Shown here: piece after piece, positions 1 through 10,104 of the stretch
Numbering within the stretch: position 1 is the stretch's first letter
How the letters are laid out: every line of letters begins with the position of its first letter
Source: Candidatus Krumholzibacteriia bacterium
Lineage (GTDB): Bacteria > Krumholzibacteriota > Krumholzibacteriia > Krumholzibacteriales > Krumholzibacteriaceae
Assembly (NCBI GenBank): GCA_963836185.1
Contig: CAWIIQ010000003.1
Location: 448,001 to 512,000 of the forward strand
DNA: 64,000 bases
Reading direction: 5' to 3'
Notes under the pieces: generated by a model
Told to the model about the DNA's origin: nothing
The model's input: only the letters and a program-made list of their open reading frames with translations
Database searches by the model: none
Program-made: the position numbers and the translations under genes

Positions 1-209
1 CTCTCCTTGCGCTGCACACAGTGAGACTGCATGCCTGTTCTTCAGATAACCTGATTGTGACTGGAATCGTTAGCTAAAGTCCGATATACCCCTCCTCGAC
101 GGAATTATCAGGATACCATTTACATTATAGCAGAGTCCGGGCTTTCTGTCCATGAGGCGCATGCCGGGGTGCATGAATTGAGAAAATCGAAAAGATTGTA
201 TTCTGTATC

Positions 210-239
210 TTGACCTTTTGCAGCAGGTTCGGGTATTAT
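210..239 (+). promoter_or_regulatory. Putative sigma70-type promoter
   Basis: TTGACC, 18 nt, TATTAT about 70 nt upstream of the ORF at 309. Confidence 0.4.
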
Positions 240-308
240 GCATATTGGTTGTCAGGTATTCAGGGGTGAGATCATTTTACATTTTTCAGGTTCGGGAAGG
301 AGCGCGGT

Positions 309-1157
309 ATGGCCAGTTCACCGGGACGTACATCTCTATCGGGGATTGCATCAGTATTATTGCTTCTGGGCGCCATGATCTTTTCGGGATGCAGTGATTC
401 CGATTCCGGGACCGCGCCTGCGGCGGATGAGACTGATCCGACTGTTTCGTTGTCCGCCTCTTCGAATCTTGTATTAGCTGAAGGCAACGTCGTCTATACG
501 GCGGATGCTTCGGACAACGAGGGTGTGACCGAAGTCGAGTTCTACGACGAGAACTCGCTGGTCGGAACCGACGTTTCGGCTCCATTCACGCATACGGTCA
601 GTTACGGAGAGATAGATAACGGCGAACATGAATGCTGGACGATAGCAAGGGATGCCGCCGGCAATACGGGCCACAGTGATACCCTTGAAGTGATCGTGGC
701 GATCAATGTGACGGCTGAATTCACCAACCCCGGCTTTACTGCCGACGGCTTGGGATGGACGGAGCATAACTTCGATGAGTGGAGCGGATGGACCGATGAA
801 GCGGGAAATCCTCCCGGATGCTACAGGCTGAACGAATATGGCAATCCCGAAATCGACCCGGGGATCCAGCAGGATGTCTCCGGATTTGTTCCGGGGCTTA
901 CATACGAGATCACCGGTGAATACCGGCCGTATGTCGAATGGATCGGGAGCCCTTCAGCCGAGAGCTTTGCCGTGACCGTAGATAGTGTCCTGGTCGGCTC
1001 TTTTCCACGCGGTCCGAACGGACTGGACTGGTCGACTTTCTCGGCAGAGTTCACGGCGACAAGTTTTTCCCATGTGATCGGGTTCTGGGGTGAGCACCTT
1101 GATGATTCCTCGTATGAGCTCGACAATGTCTCGTTGTCGATAAAGGCGCCGGACTGA
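309..1157 (+). CDS. Lipoprotein with bacterial Ig-like domain and C-terminal jelly-roll/carbohydrate-binding-like domain
   Basis: AAGGAG RBS; lipobox FSGC; Ig-like motif ADASDNEGVTEVEFY...ARDAAGNTGHS; C-terminal NPGF...GW...LDNVSL pattern. Confidence 0.7.
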   Translation: MASSPGRTSLSGIASVLLLLGAMIFSGCSDSDSGTAPAADETDPTVSLSASSNLVLAEGNVVYTADASDNEGVTEVEFYDENSLVGTDVSAPFTHTVSYGEIDNGEHECWTIARDAAGNTGHSDTLEVIVAINVTAEFTNPGFTADGLGWTEHNFDEWSGWTDEAGNPPGCYRLNEYGNPEIDPGIQQDVSGFVPGLTYEITGEYRPYVEWIGSPSAESFAVTVDSVLVGSFPRGPNGLDWSTFSAEFTATSFSHVIGFWGEHLDDSSYELDNVSLSIKAPD

Positions 1158-1160
1158 GGA

Positions 1161-2111
1161 TCAGCCGGGATATCCGGGAAAGGATTCAGCGGGGACGAGC
1201 CGTTGCTCGATTAGCCATTCGATCAAAGTATTGCTTATCAGCTGATGGAACTCCTCGTCGCGTATCGTGACGTGTCCCGTGTCGAGCCATTTCACCGTTT
1301 TCGGCTCGCCAGCCGCGTCGTGGAGGAGCCGGCTGCACCTGGCCGGGATCCTCGGGTCCTGTATCCCGCTTATCATCAGAAGGGGCCGAGGCGCTATATC
1401 GCCTGCATATTTCAGCGGCTCGACAGGTGAGAGGAGGACAGCGCCGAGCCAGCCTGCGGGCCTTGTGAGGAACCGGGGTATGTCATGGCTCGCTTTGAGT
1501 ATCGACTGTATATCGCCGGCGCCGTATATCATCACCGCCGCCGCCGGGCGGTCGTCTATCGCCGCGTGAGCGGGAACGAAGAAGGCGCCGAGGCTACCGC
1601 CGATCACGATGATCCGGGCAGGGTCGACATCTTCCCGCTCAAGGAGATAGTCGACGGCAGTCATCGCCGCCGGAGCCGTATCGATCACCGCGCGCCGGAT
1701 GCGCGGTACAGATCCTATGAACTCCCACACATTCATCCTGCTCGTCTTTCCCTCGTAAGGGTAGTCGAGGGCGAGCATGACGATGCCGCGCGTATTGTCT
1801 ATGTATTCGAGGGTCTTCCTTCCGGTACGCAGGCCGCCGAGGATGAGAAAGGCGGGGTGCATGGAGCCGCCGTCGGACGGGACCTTGAGAAAACCGTTCG
1901 TCCTGATACCGGTCGAGCTCTCCAGACTGATATCGAAGAGCAGGTGCCCGTCGCTTTCTCCCGCGAGATGTTCTTCGGATTTTTCGAGGGTCCCACGGCG
2001 CTCGATGAATTTGTCGCTGTAGTCAAGGGAGCGGTATATCTCACCTGTGATGTAGATGGCGAGAAGCGCTATCACGATCGAGAGAAAAATGACTGTCAGA
2101 GTCTTCTTCAT
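1161..2111 (-). CDS. Alpha/beta-fold hydrolase, N-terminally membrane anchored
   Basis: Nucleophile elbow GGSLG, acid in GIQDPRIP, His in DTGH; start moved to MKKTLTVIF at 2111. Confidence 0.8.
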   Translation of the reverse strand: MKKTLTVIFLSIVIALLAIYITGEIYRSLDYSDKFIERRGTLEKSEEHLAGESDGHLLFDISLESSTGIRTNGFLKVPSDGGSMHPAFLILGGLRTGRKTLEYIDNTRGIVMLALDYPYEGKTSRMNVWEFIGSVPRIRRAVIDTAPAAMTAVDYLLEREDVDPARIIVIGGSLGAFFVPAHAAIDDRPAAAVMIYGAGDIQSILKASHDIPRFLTRPAGWLGAVLLSPVEPLKYAGDIAPRPLLMISGIQDPRIPARCSRLLHDAAGEPKTVKWLDTGHVTIRDEEFHQLISNTLIEWLIEQRLVPAESFPGYPG

Positions 2112-2203
2112 AGTGTATATCGTTGCCCCGGCAGAGGATAATCTGGTATCCTGACCGTGCTCATTATACAGGCGGCTTATAACAAAACAACAGGGGGTTT
2201 TCC

Positions 2204-2457
2204 GTGCGACTTCGTACTGCGCTCGTAATCTCAATATTTGTAATTATGGTTTTTTGCGGAGTGTCCGCGGTTCAGGCCGGCTGGACTCTCGACGGCGCGC
2301 CGATCTGTGTCGCGGGGGCGAACCAGCAGATTCCGCAGGTCCTTCCAGATGGGGAGGGCGGGGCATTTATCGTCTGGAACGATCACCGGGCATCTACCTC
2401 TATCGCCTGACCGTGGGCAAGAGGGCCTTTACGAGGAAGATGGCCCTTCTCAGATGA
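2204..2457 (+). pseudogene. Internally deleted relic of a secreted protein with FlgD/T9SS-like C-terminal sorting domain
   Basis: Signal peptide and first repeat (..PDGEGGAFIVWNDHR) joined out of frame to terminal motif SPGIYLYRLTVGKRAFTRKMALLR*. Confidence 0.6.
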
Positions 2458-2555
2458 GGTTTGTCGCCGTGAATCGGCTTTACTATTTATGACGATTCCG
2501 GTACAATATAAATGAGCTCATCAATCAACCTGAAACCGTTTCGAGAGGGGAAGAT

Positions 2556-3476
2556 ATGGATTTCTCTTCCACATTCCGCAGGGGAATCTGGTCTGCCGTG
2601 CTCGTACTGCTTCTTGCTTCACCACTATCGGCCCAGATCGAAGATCATCTCTCCGCCTACACGGGGAAAAACGCCGAAGGATATCTCAATCCGCTTGTCA
2701 GCGCGATGGGGACGACTCTCGGCGGGGGGTTGTGGCGCTCTGGCCATATACCGAAATCGGGATTGAACATCGCTGTCGAATTCCCGTTCGTGGGACTCTA
2801 CTTCTCCGATGATGACAAGTATTTCACGGGGACGACAGAGGGGGGCTTCTCTCCCGAGCAGTCGGCCCAGGCCTCGACGGTCGTCGGCCCGACAGATGCG
2901 GTGCTTGTATCGGGAGACGGGGGGACTATATTCGCCTTCCCCGGAGGGTTCGATATCGGATCCTTCGCGATAACGGCTCCGCAGATAAGAGTCGGTGCCT
3001 TATTTGGCACCGAGGCGATGGTCCGGTTCATCGCATTCAGGATCGGTGACAGCGAGCTCGGCGACGTCATGCTCGCCGGGTTTGGCGTAAGGCACAGTCT
3101 GTCCCAGTACATGGGGCCAACGCCTCCCGTCGACCTCGCTGCGAGTTTTTACTGGCAGACCCTGAAGCTCGGAGAAAACTCTGATGGAGAGGACCTGGCC
3201 ACTACGTCGAACTATTCGCTCGGAGCACAGGCCAGCAAGAAGCTCGGCACCGTTCTCAATCCGTACGCGGGACTCTATTACAACACCTACAAGACCGACA
3301 TTAAATACACCAGTGAGGCTTCCGGCGAACCGGAATCGACCGAGATATCGTTCGATGACGGATACGTCCAGTTCACCTTGGGTCTGGAGTTGAATCTCTG
3401 GATCTTCAATGTATGGGGTGAATACAACATTGCCGAGCGTCAGAGCTTCGGCGCCGGTTTCGGCCTCGCGCTGTGA
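2556..3476 (+). CDS. Outer-membrane beta-barrel protein (DUF6588-like)
   Basis: Signal peptide, GYLNPLVSAMG segment, APQIRVG...EAMVRF, GFGVRHSLSQY, terminal amphipathic strand GAGFGLAL. Confidence 0.65.
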   Translation: MDFSSTFRRGIWSAVLVLLLASPLSAQIEDHLSAYTGKNAEGYLNPLVSAMGTTLGGGLWRSGHIPKSGLNIAVEFPFVGLYFSDDDKYFTGTTEGGFSPEQSAQASTVVGPTDAVLVSGDGGTIFAFPGGFDIGSFAITAPQIRVGALFGTEAMVRFIAFRIGDSELGDVMLAGFGVRHSLSQYMGPTPPVDLAASFYWQTLKLGENSDGEDLATTSNYSLGAQASKKLGTVLNPYAGLYYNTYKTDIKYTSEASGEPESTEISFDDGYVQFTLGLELNLWIFNVWGEYNIAERQSFGAGFGLAL

Positions 3477-3493
3477 CCACAGGAGGTTCCGAG

Positions 3494-4131
3494 ATGAAGA
3501 AAGTATTATTGAGCGCAGCCCTGATGATCCCGATAGTCCTTGCTCTAGGGCTCGGCGGCTGCCTGCTCGAGGACAGGGATGTCCAGATCGTGCTGAACCA
3601 GGACTTCTGCAAGGTGTTCCCGGAGGACCACGCGTCGGAGACCTGGACACATTCCGAGACCCTGGAGGTCGGAGAGGATCTCGACCAGCTCCTCGCCGAT
3701 AACGAGGTCTCGATGGATCAGATCGACAGTATATTCGTTTCCGGCGGGAATTATGACGTGATCGAATATACAGCGATAGACCATGACTGGCGGATCAGGG
3801 GCTCGATCATGATCGAGCGAACCGATGTAGTCAGGCTCTGGCTCCTGTCACCCTGATAGCCTACGATGATGTATCGATAGAAGAAGAGTACGCTTCGGGG
3901 CCGCAGGCGGTTTCCCTGGAGCCTGCCGGCGTTGCCCTGATCAATCAGGCCCTGTATGAGTACCTCCATGCCGGGGCGACTCCGGAATTCGAGCTTTCCG
4001 TGGTCATGGGTGACGTCGACCCGTCGCCGAGCACCGAAGACAGGATCATGTTCGACTGGAAAGCCTGCATCCTGGTACAGGTCATCTCGACTCTTGATGT
4101 CGAGATAGTAAACTGGATAGGCGGTTCCTGA
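3494..4131 (+). CDS. Hypothetical lipoprotein, one frameshift near 3830
   Basis: AGGAGG RBS, MKK start, lipobox LGGC; second frame continues (..VTLIAYDDVSIEEEY..VNWIGGS*) to TGA at 4131. Confidence 0.6.
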
Positions 4132-4179
4132 TAGCAGGGAGTCGAACGGAAAATATTAATTTTCGACAGGACGGATATA

Positions 4180-4578
4180 TTGTCACTGAAACTACACGTC
4201 ATCCACGCGAAGGAATTCGTGCAGATGACACCTGAAGGCAAATACGACTTCGAGTCGACGCGGAAGATGCTTATCGAAGCGGTAGCGGCAAGCGCGAAGA
4301 GTCCGGATCACGAGATACTCCTGGACCTGAGAGGCGCGCGTGCCGATCTCAGCATGGTGGACGTCTATTACTTGGCAGCGGAACTGGACCGGAGCGACAC
4401 TGTATTCAAGGAGAGGATCGCGCTTCTTCTCACCCCGGAGCAGAAGTGGGACCAGGCAAAGTTCTTCGAGCTCTGCGCGGTCAACCGGGGACTCGACGTT
4501 GCCGCATTCAATTCGTACGAGGAAGCCATCAACTGGCTCTTCCCGTCTAGCGAGGTCAAGTCCGGGGATGACGGGTAA
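4180..4578 (+). CDS. STAS/SEC14-like (SpoIIAA-like) small protein
   Basis: ILLDLRGA, RIALLL, FFELCAVNRG and FNSYEEAINWL motifs. Confidence 0.7.
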   Translation: MSLKLHVIHAKEFVQMTPEGKYDFESTRKMLIEAVAASAKSPDHEILLDLRGARADLSMVDVYYLAAELDRSDTVFKERIALLLTPEQKWDQAKFFELCAVNRGLDVAAFNSYEEAINWLFPSSEVKSGDDG

Positions 4579-4634
4579 CTGAGTTCCTGCGATTTCCTGC
4601 TTCACGATAGTGAGAATCTCACTATATTTGATGT

Positions 4635-4877
4635 ATGAAGATCTCGATTTCAATACCTGACGTGCTTTTTCATGCTGCAGAGAAACTCATGAAACGGATG
4701 GGTGTGTCCAGAAGCGAATTCTATCAACGCGCAGTTCGTTCGTATATCGAGCAGCATCGCTCAGACAGAATTACCGAAGCACTTGATGTGCTTTACGGCT
4801 CCATCAACATGGAAAGTGGTGTTGATGCCGTAATACAGCAACTACAGGGCGCTTCTCTCTCGACAACGGATTGGTGA
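4635..4877 (+). CDS. Ribbon-helix-helix antitoxin (ChpI/MazE-like), no intact toxin downstream
   Basis: MKISISIPDVLF...MGVSRSEFYQRAV...ITEALDVLY...DW* pattern. Confidence 0.75.
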   Translation: MKISISIPDVLFHAAEKLMKRMGVSRSEFYQRAVRSYIEQHRSDRITEALDVLYGSINMESGVDAVIQQLQGASLSTTDW

Positions 4878-4916
4878 TCTGGTCGTTGCTGACCTGTTTG
4901 ACCGTCCGCGGACGAT

Positions 4917-6840
4917 CTATTTGACCAATATCGTCCGTCCGGCCTTGTCTTCCGCCTCAAGCAGCAGCGCACGCAGGTGCGGCCACCCTTCCGGCTCTAC
5001 CTTGCCGCCGGCCAGTGTCAGGCTGCGTTCTATTGTCACCCAGCCTTCATTCATCTCCACAGATATCGTGAAGCTTCCCGCCTCGTTCTTCAGTGAGCGG
5101 GCCTCAGGCAGGTGAAGGATGCTCTTCTTGCTTGCCTTTACGCGGACCTTCACCGTCTGCGACATCGCGCCGGGTATTATGACCGGCGATGTTCGCTGAG
5201 CATGATAGAGGTGGACATCGGCAGGGAGAACACCGGCGATACCACCGAGAGGGTCTCCGATCGTGATTCCCATGCGGCCGTGTCCGTCTGGCTCAGTTTT
5301 TTTCATCTCAAATTCGAAACCCGCAGCTACGTGAGTCTTCTCGAAGGCCGCCGGGTTGTATCCGGTCACTTCGGCGCCGGCAACGACCGATCCGGCGATC
5401 GCGTTGATCGCTGCTTTCGCCTCACCGCCGAGGCCGGTCATGTCTGCATACGGGCAGAAGATGCCGTCTGCGTCGAGATACCCCGTCCCCGTCCATCCCT
5501 CTTTGCCCGGTTCGAGAGTCATTGTGATATCGATCGAGCTCGGCCCGGCATCGGCCGGAGGATAGCTCCAGGGCGCGTCATCCGAGGCAGGTTTCCACGC
5601 CGTTCTGCCGAATACCGCGCGCGGTCCTTCCGAGAGTGTTCCCGCGGCAGGGTCATATATCGCCCTGAACGATCCGCTGTGAACACAGATCCTCATCTCG
5701 CCGAACCGGACGAGTCCCGGAAGGTCTGCGTCAACCCCGCTCGGTCCTGACGAGACCAGTACCGGCTCCGCTTTCAATCCCGCTTCACCGAACATCGCAG
5801 CGGCCAGCACGGCCCGGTCGAGTGCGTGCCCGTATGCAGTCTCATAGGTGCGTGATGCCGGGCGGGGAGAGAACTGCCAGTAGCGTGAATCGTAATGTAT
5901 GCTTCGGGTATACTTGTTGACGAGCTCGGCGACCTTTCTCGCCCTGGCCGCTTCACTCGGCTCGTGTTTCAGAGGTCCCCTGATCTTGTCTTTCAGTTCC
6001 GTGTCCGGGGTTGACCGCTTCGTCAAAGCTGGCCATGACCGCGTCTCTGACTGCTGCCCAGTCCGGCCAGGTCGACCAGGCCACTGCTGGCGCGTAGACC
6101 GCAGGATCGGCGATCCTCGGCGAACCGAGCCTGTCGAGGTTCTCCAGCGTGACAATATGGATCGCTTTACTGTCGCCTCCCGCTTCATCGGGAACGGGGG
6201 CGCCGTTGTATCCCTTGATCCGCAGGGTGACATCGTCGGGCAGGGTTATCTTCAGTTCGGCCTTCACGACAGGGTCCCTGCGCTGCATGACGAAGAATCC
6301 GTCGTGTCCGGTCGCTCCGGGCTGTTCCTCTATCTCGTAAGCGGTCTCCATGATGCATGGCAGCTCTACACCGTCGTGAAGGAGCATCGCCTCGCGCATC
6401 ATCGTGTAATCATCAGCGGTGGCGACGGCGCCGGGAAGGGTCTCGACGACCGCGGTCGGGCTCACCTTTGACTCGTGCGGCCACCACCTGCCCTCGCGCC
6501 AGGTCCTGAGAAGGTGCACCCTGAATGTCGAGACGGCCGAGTTCCAGGGGATCCTCAGGTCCGCGTGGTCGCGCAGCCCGGGCGGCGTTCCGATCCAGAC
6601 GACGCGGTGGACCGTTGTCCGTCGTCCGCCGTTTTCGAGGATCGTCTCGTGCCTGCTCTCGAGGAGCAGGATCGCGTCGTGCTTTGTGATGTCGAACTCT
6701 TTCTGAGCCTGCGACCAGAGGGCATCGAGGTCATGGCCGCGGGATGTGCCCATCGTCTCCGCGCCGGATGCGCCCGCCGCGGCGAGCGAAAGGAGGGCAA
6801 TGACGATCGCTGTTCTGATTGTATTCCGGTAGTTCATCAC
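4917..6840 (-). CDS. DUF3857/transglutaminase-like protein, probably catalytically inactive, frameshift near 6000
   Basis: ORFs 5953..6840 and 4917..6233 join into one gene; signal peptide; GHALDRA where the neighbour has GVCKD. Confidence 0.7.
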
Positions 6841-8891
6841 TTGCCTCCTTTCTCGATGCGGTAGACATTTCCGCCGAACTCCTTCGCCTCATCCATCGCT
6901 TTCTTGAATCCCCCGTATCCGTCAGGCGGTATCTGCCGCCTTCTTATCTCGGCATGCTGACTTATCTTCAGCACTCGTCCATCCATCTCGCTCGTTCCAT
7001 TGAATGCGGCGTATGTCTCGTCGATCTTTTCCGACGACGGCGGATCGACCGCCTTGAATCCCTTCGGCAGGCGGATCTTCTCCGTTCCGTCTATCAGCTG
7101 GGTGTAATAGAGGAAAACGTCGGTCTCGCGCTCATCCTCCCAGCGCGCCGTGGCGGCGCGGAAGAGGTTGCCGTTGTTGATCACTACCTGCATCATCGGG
7201 CTCTGGAACTCGAAGCCGTCCGCTATCGGGTCGGCGAAACGGGGGATGCGGTACTTGATCTCGATCCACATGTCCTTGCTGAAATCCTCGGGCGTATGAT
7301 GAGTGATACTGATCCCCTCGACGCGGTCGCTCACGTGGGCGAAGAGCTGCGCCACGGTATGTTCGACATCCTGGCGCCTCGTATTGGCGACCATCCGGCG
7401 CAGCCTCCCATCGAGGGCTCCCGATCCGGACATTTTCAGCGTTCCCTCAAGCGTGCCGTCAGCGCTCATCTTAGCGTCGTGCCTGACTATAAGGGGTGAT
7501 TCTTCCGGGGGAGAGTAATCGATACGCGAGAGGAACTCTCCATCGGGCGTGCCGACGAGGTAATGCTGCTCGGCCTCGAGCAGGGACCAGATCGAGTTGT
7601 TGTACGGCACCCAGGTCGGGTCGTACATCTCGAATGTCCCGTCCTCTTTCTTCAGGGCGCAGACACAGTGGTTGAACTGGTCGGCCGGTACGAGGTCGAT
7701 CCTGCTTCCCGCCATCGTCATAGCGGCGTAGCTGTCCATCCCCGCTCCGCGCATCATCGCGATCAGCATCCCCGCTATGTCCTTGCAGACTCCGCTGCGC
7801 TGCTCGAATATCATCGTCGACGGATGCAGGGTGAATCCCTCGCCCTCGCCCATCGTCTGGCCGCTGTACCGGATGTTCTGCGCGACCCAGTGGACAAGCG
7901 CCTTGGCTTTCTTCTCCTCGGACGCATTCGAGACCCCGGCATCTTTCAAGATCTCGTCGACCTTTTCCTGTATCTCCGGCGACACCTCGAACTGGTCGCG
8001 GTTCACGTCGAAGAACCAGCGGCTCTTCGCCTCCCAGCTCTCGGCGGTCGCCATCACGGCCTTGGGAACGAAGTCGCTGCGGTCCGGCTGGCGCGTCTCG
8101 TGCTTTGCCGCAGGGAGATTCAGTCCCCACCACGAATACTCGGTCCTGTCGCCATCGTAGGTAGTGGCCGAGTAGAGGGGACCGTTGTAGATCTCCGAAT
8201 GGAGCCGCTTGCCGGCAGGCAGGCTGAGTATGTATTTCTTCTCGATGATCGGCGCAGAGCCGGCAAACAGGACTATATCGAAATATTCGCCCGGCATCGG
8301 CGGGATGTATCGGTCATCGTCGGGGGCCCCGGCCGATGTGTCCTGCGGCGGGCCGTCGAGCAGGGCGTATGTGAATCCCTTTCGGAAGACCGTTATCTCG
8401 ATCCCGTCGTTTATCTCAAGCCTCGGCAGCTGCAGGGTCTTGATCCTGTCCTTCCAGTATATCGCCCGCTGGGGCGCCGGCAGTTCATGGACCTTTGAGA
8501 CGTCGACCGGGATCTTTTTTCCGTCGCGGATGATATTTACCTCTCGCACCTCTACATAGCTGCTCTGCGGGTCGAAGTTCCACCTCAGGACCGACCTGTC
8601 GCGGCAGCCGGCATCGGTGAGGACCTTGTAGATGATGTAGCTGTCTACGTAGGTGACCCCGGAGGGCTTCATGTGATTCTTCGCGTAGTCGTAGACGACG
8701 AGGTGATCCGCCCCTTTATGATCGTCGGCGGTCCCGGCGTCTTCGACGCGAGAGAATACGTCCGCGGGCGGTTTCTCGCCGGGTGGGGGTCCTGTCTCGT
8801 CGGCGAAGGCCGGCGAGATAGAGAGGATGCACATTAAAAGTGCGAGGATGATGATCGAAGCTGGACGTCCGGCCGGTCTGCTGGCGCTCAA
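6837..8891 (-). CDS. DUF3857 and transglutaminase-like domain protein
   Basis: Triad motifs SGVCKDIA, FNHCV, YDPT; AGGAGG RBS before TTG at 8891; stop overlaps start of the next gene. Confidence 0.85.
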   Translation of the reverse strand: MSASRPAGRPASIIILALLMCILSISPAFADETGPPPGEKPPADVFSRVEDAGTADDHKGADHLVVYDYAKNHMKPSGVTYVDSYIIYKVLTDAGCRDRSVLRWNFDPQSSYVEVREVNIIRDGKKIPVDVSKVHELPAPQRAIYWKDRIKTLQLPRLEINDGIEITVFRKGFTYALLDGPPQDTSAGAPDDDRYIPPMPGEYFDIVLFAGSAPIIEKKYILSLPAGKRLHSEIYNGPLYSATTYDGDRTEYSWWGLNLPAAKHETRQPDRSDFVPKAVMATAESWEAKSRWFFDVNRDQFEVSPEIQEKVDEILKDAGVSNASEEKKAKALVHWVAQNIRYSGQTMGEGEGFTLHPSTMIFEQRSGVCKDIAGMLIAMMRGAGMDSYAAMTMAGSRIDLVPADQFNHCVCALKKEDGTFEMYDPTWVPYNNSIWSLLEAEQHYLVGTPDGEFLSRIDYSPPEESPLIVRHDAKMSADGTLEGTLKMSGSGALDGRLRRMVANTRRQDVEHTVAQLFAHVSDRVEGISITHHTPEDFSKDMWIEIKYRIPRFADPIADGFEFQSPMMQVVINNGNLFRAATARWEDERETDVFLYYTQLIDGTEKIRLPKGFKAVDPPSSEKIDETYAAFNGTSEMDGRVLKISQHAEIRRRQIPPDGYGGFKKAMDEAKEFGGNVYRIEKGGK

Positions 8892-8919
8892 GGCGACCTC
8901 CTGTTGATGATTGTAAATC

Positions 8920-9936
8920 TCACAAAAATAGAAACGTAATAATAAAAAAAATAGCGAATACAGACGGGAAGAGTATTCTGGCGGCATTATCGAATTTCTC
9001 AGCCAGAGTATTATGTCCGTTGTCAGAGAGCGTACCTGTTGTCACAGCTTCTACCAGGGCGAGAAATACAAATGCCGTCGATCCCGTGATGAAGATGTCC
9101 ATCCTCGTCAGGTACGGGACCGGTGGAAGGACAGTGGCAATGGCGAACCTGTAGGCAATAAGTGTCAGCATTGATGTCGCAGCCATCGTCAACTGCGAGC
9201 CAAGATGATGCGGCTTCACGAAAAATACACTCCACGACATCATGACGATCAGGATCAGAGGTATGACGACGCTCCACACGTAATAGTTGGATTTTCTGCT
9301 GCCTTCCAACATGATCTCGAACTGCAGGAATTCCCTTCCGTCGAGAACACGGAATACTCCCGTTTTCGGAATAACATCTCCCAGGGTCCAGTTGGGTATA
9401 GAGAATACTTCGGCCCTGCTGATAGTCGCTTCTGTGAAAACGAGGTGAATATCTGACGGCGGATGATCGACCGTTCCCATAGTGATTCTGATAGTTCTTT
9501 TATCAAAGGGGAACTGGTGGATATCGGCTATTGTAGTGAAGATGCCCGTATAGCGCTGTTCGTATATGACAATTCCAGAATTGTCGATGCGCGCTACTTC
9601 AGGGAAGTGCTTCTTTACATCCCTCTGATTGAGAATCCGCAGGCGAGGGTTCCAGATGTCGGAAAGGGGGAGGGCGATCACTTTATTCTCATCGGGCCGG
9701 GTTAGCCTCGGGTCGTGCCACTCCAGGCGGATAGAAAAATCGGCCAGGAAAGTCTGTTCGTGGTCGTCTATCTTCGCGATGTCGATGACGTATAGTTCTA
9801 TGGTTACTTCGGTCGGCTCTCCATCGGTGCCTGGCCGTGCTATCATCCCCGCGTCGATATCGACCGCGGCAGAAGGTATTGTGATAGAAGCCGTAAGAAT
9901 GATCGTTAAAGCAGCGATTATAGTCAGTGTCTTCAT
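8920..9936 (-). CDS. Prokaryotic pentameric ligand-gated ion channel (GLIC/ELIC family)
   Basis: Signal peptide, WHDPRL, IWNPRL, Pro-loop FPFD, four TM helices with M2-M3 TSMLTLIAYRF..LPPVPYLTRMD. Confidence 0.9.
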   Translation of the reverse strand: MKTLTIIAALTIILTASITIPSAAVDIDAGMIARPGTDGEPTEVTIELYVIDIAKIDDHEQTFLADFSIRLEWHDPRLTRPDENKVIALPLSDIWNPRLRILNQRDVKKHFPEVARIDNSGIVIYEQRYTGIFTTIADIHQFPFDKRTIRITMGTVDHPPSDIHLVFTEATISRAEVFSIPNWTLGDVIPKTGVFRVLDGREFLQFEIMLEGSRKSNYYVWSVVIPLILIVMMSWSVFFVKPHHLGSQLTMAATSMLTLIAYRFAIATVLPPVPYLTRMDIFITGSTAFVFLALVEAVTTGTLSDNGHNTLAEKFDNAARILFPSVFAIFFIITFLFL

Positions 9937-10104
9937 GATATTGTTCCGCCTTGTAAATATGGTCATTGAAATCCGGGCGAGTATAACTGAAATCCCCGCC
10001 AAATTCCAGTATTCAGGGCAATCGGTCCTCACCACACCCGAAATCGTTGTTGTTGATATCGTGGACGGTATACGTGGTATAATCGCCCCATCCAGAGGAC
10101 TCAC

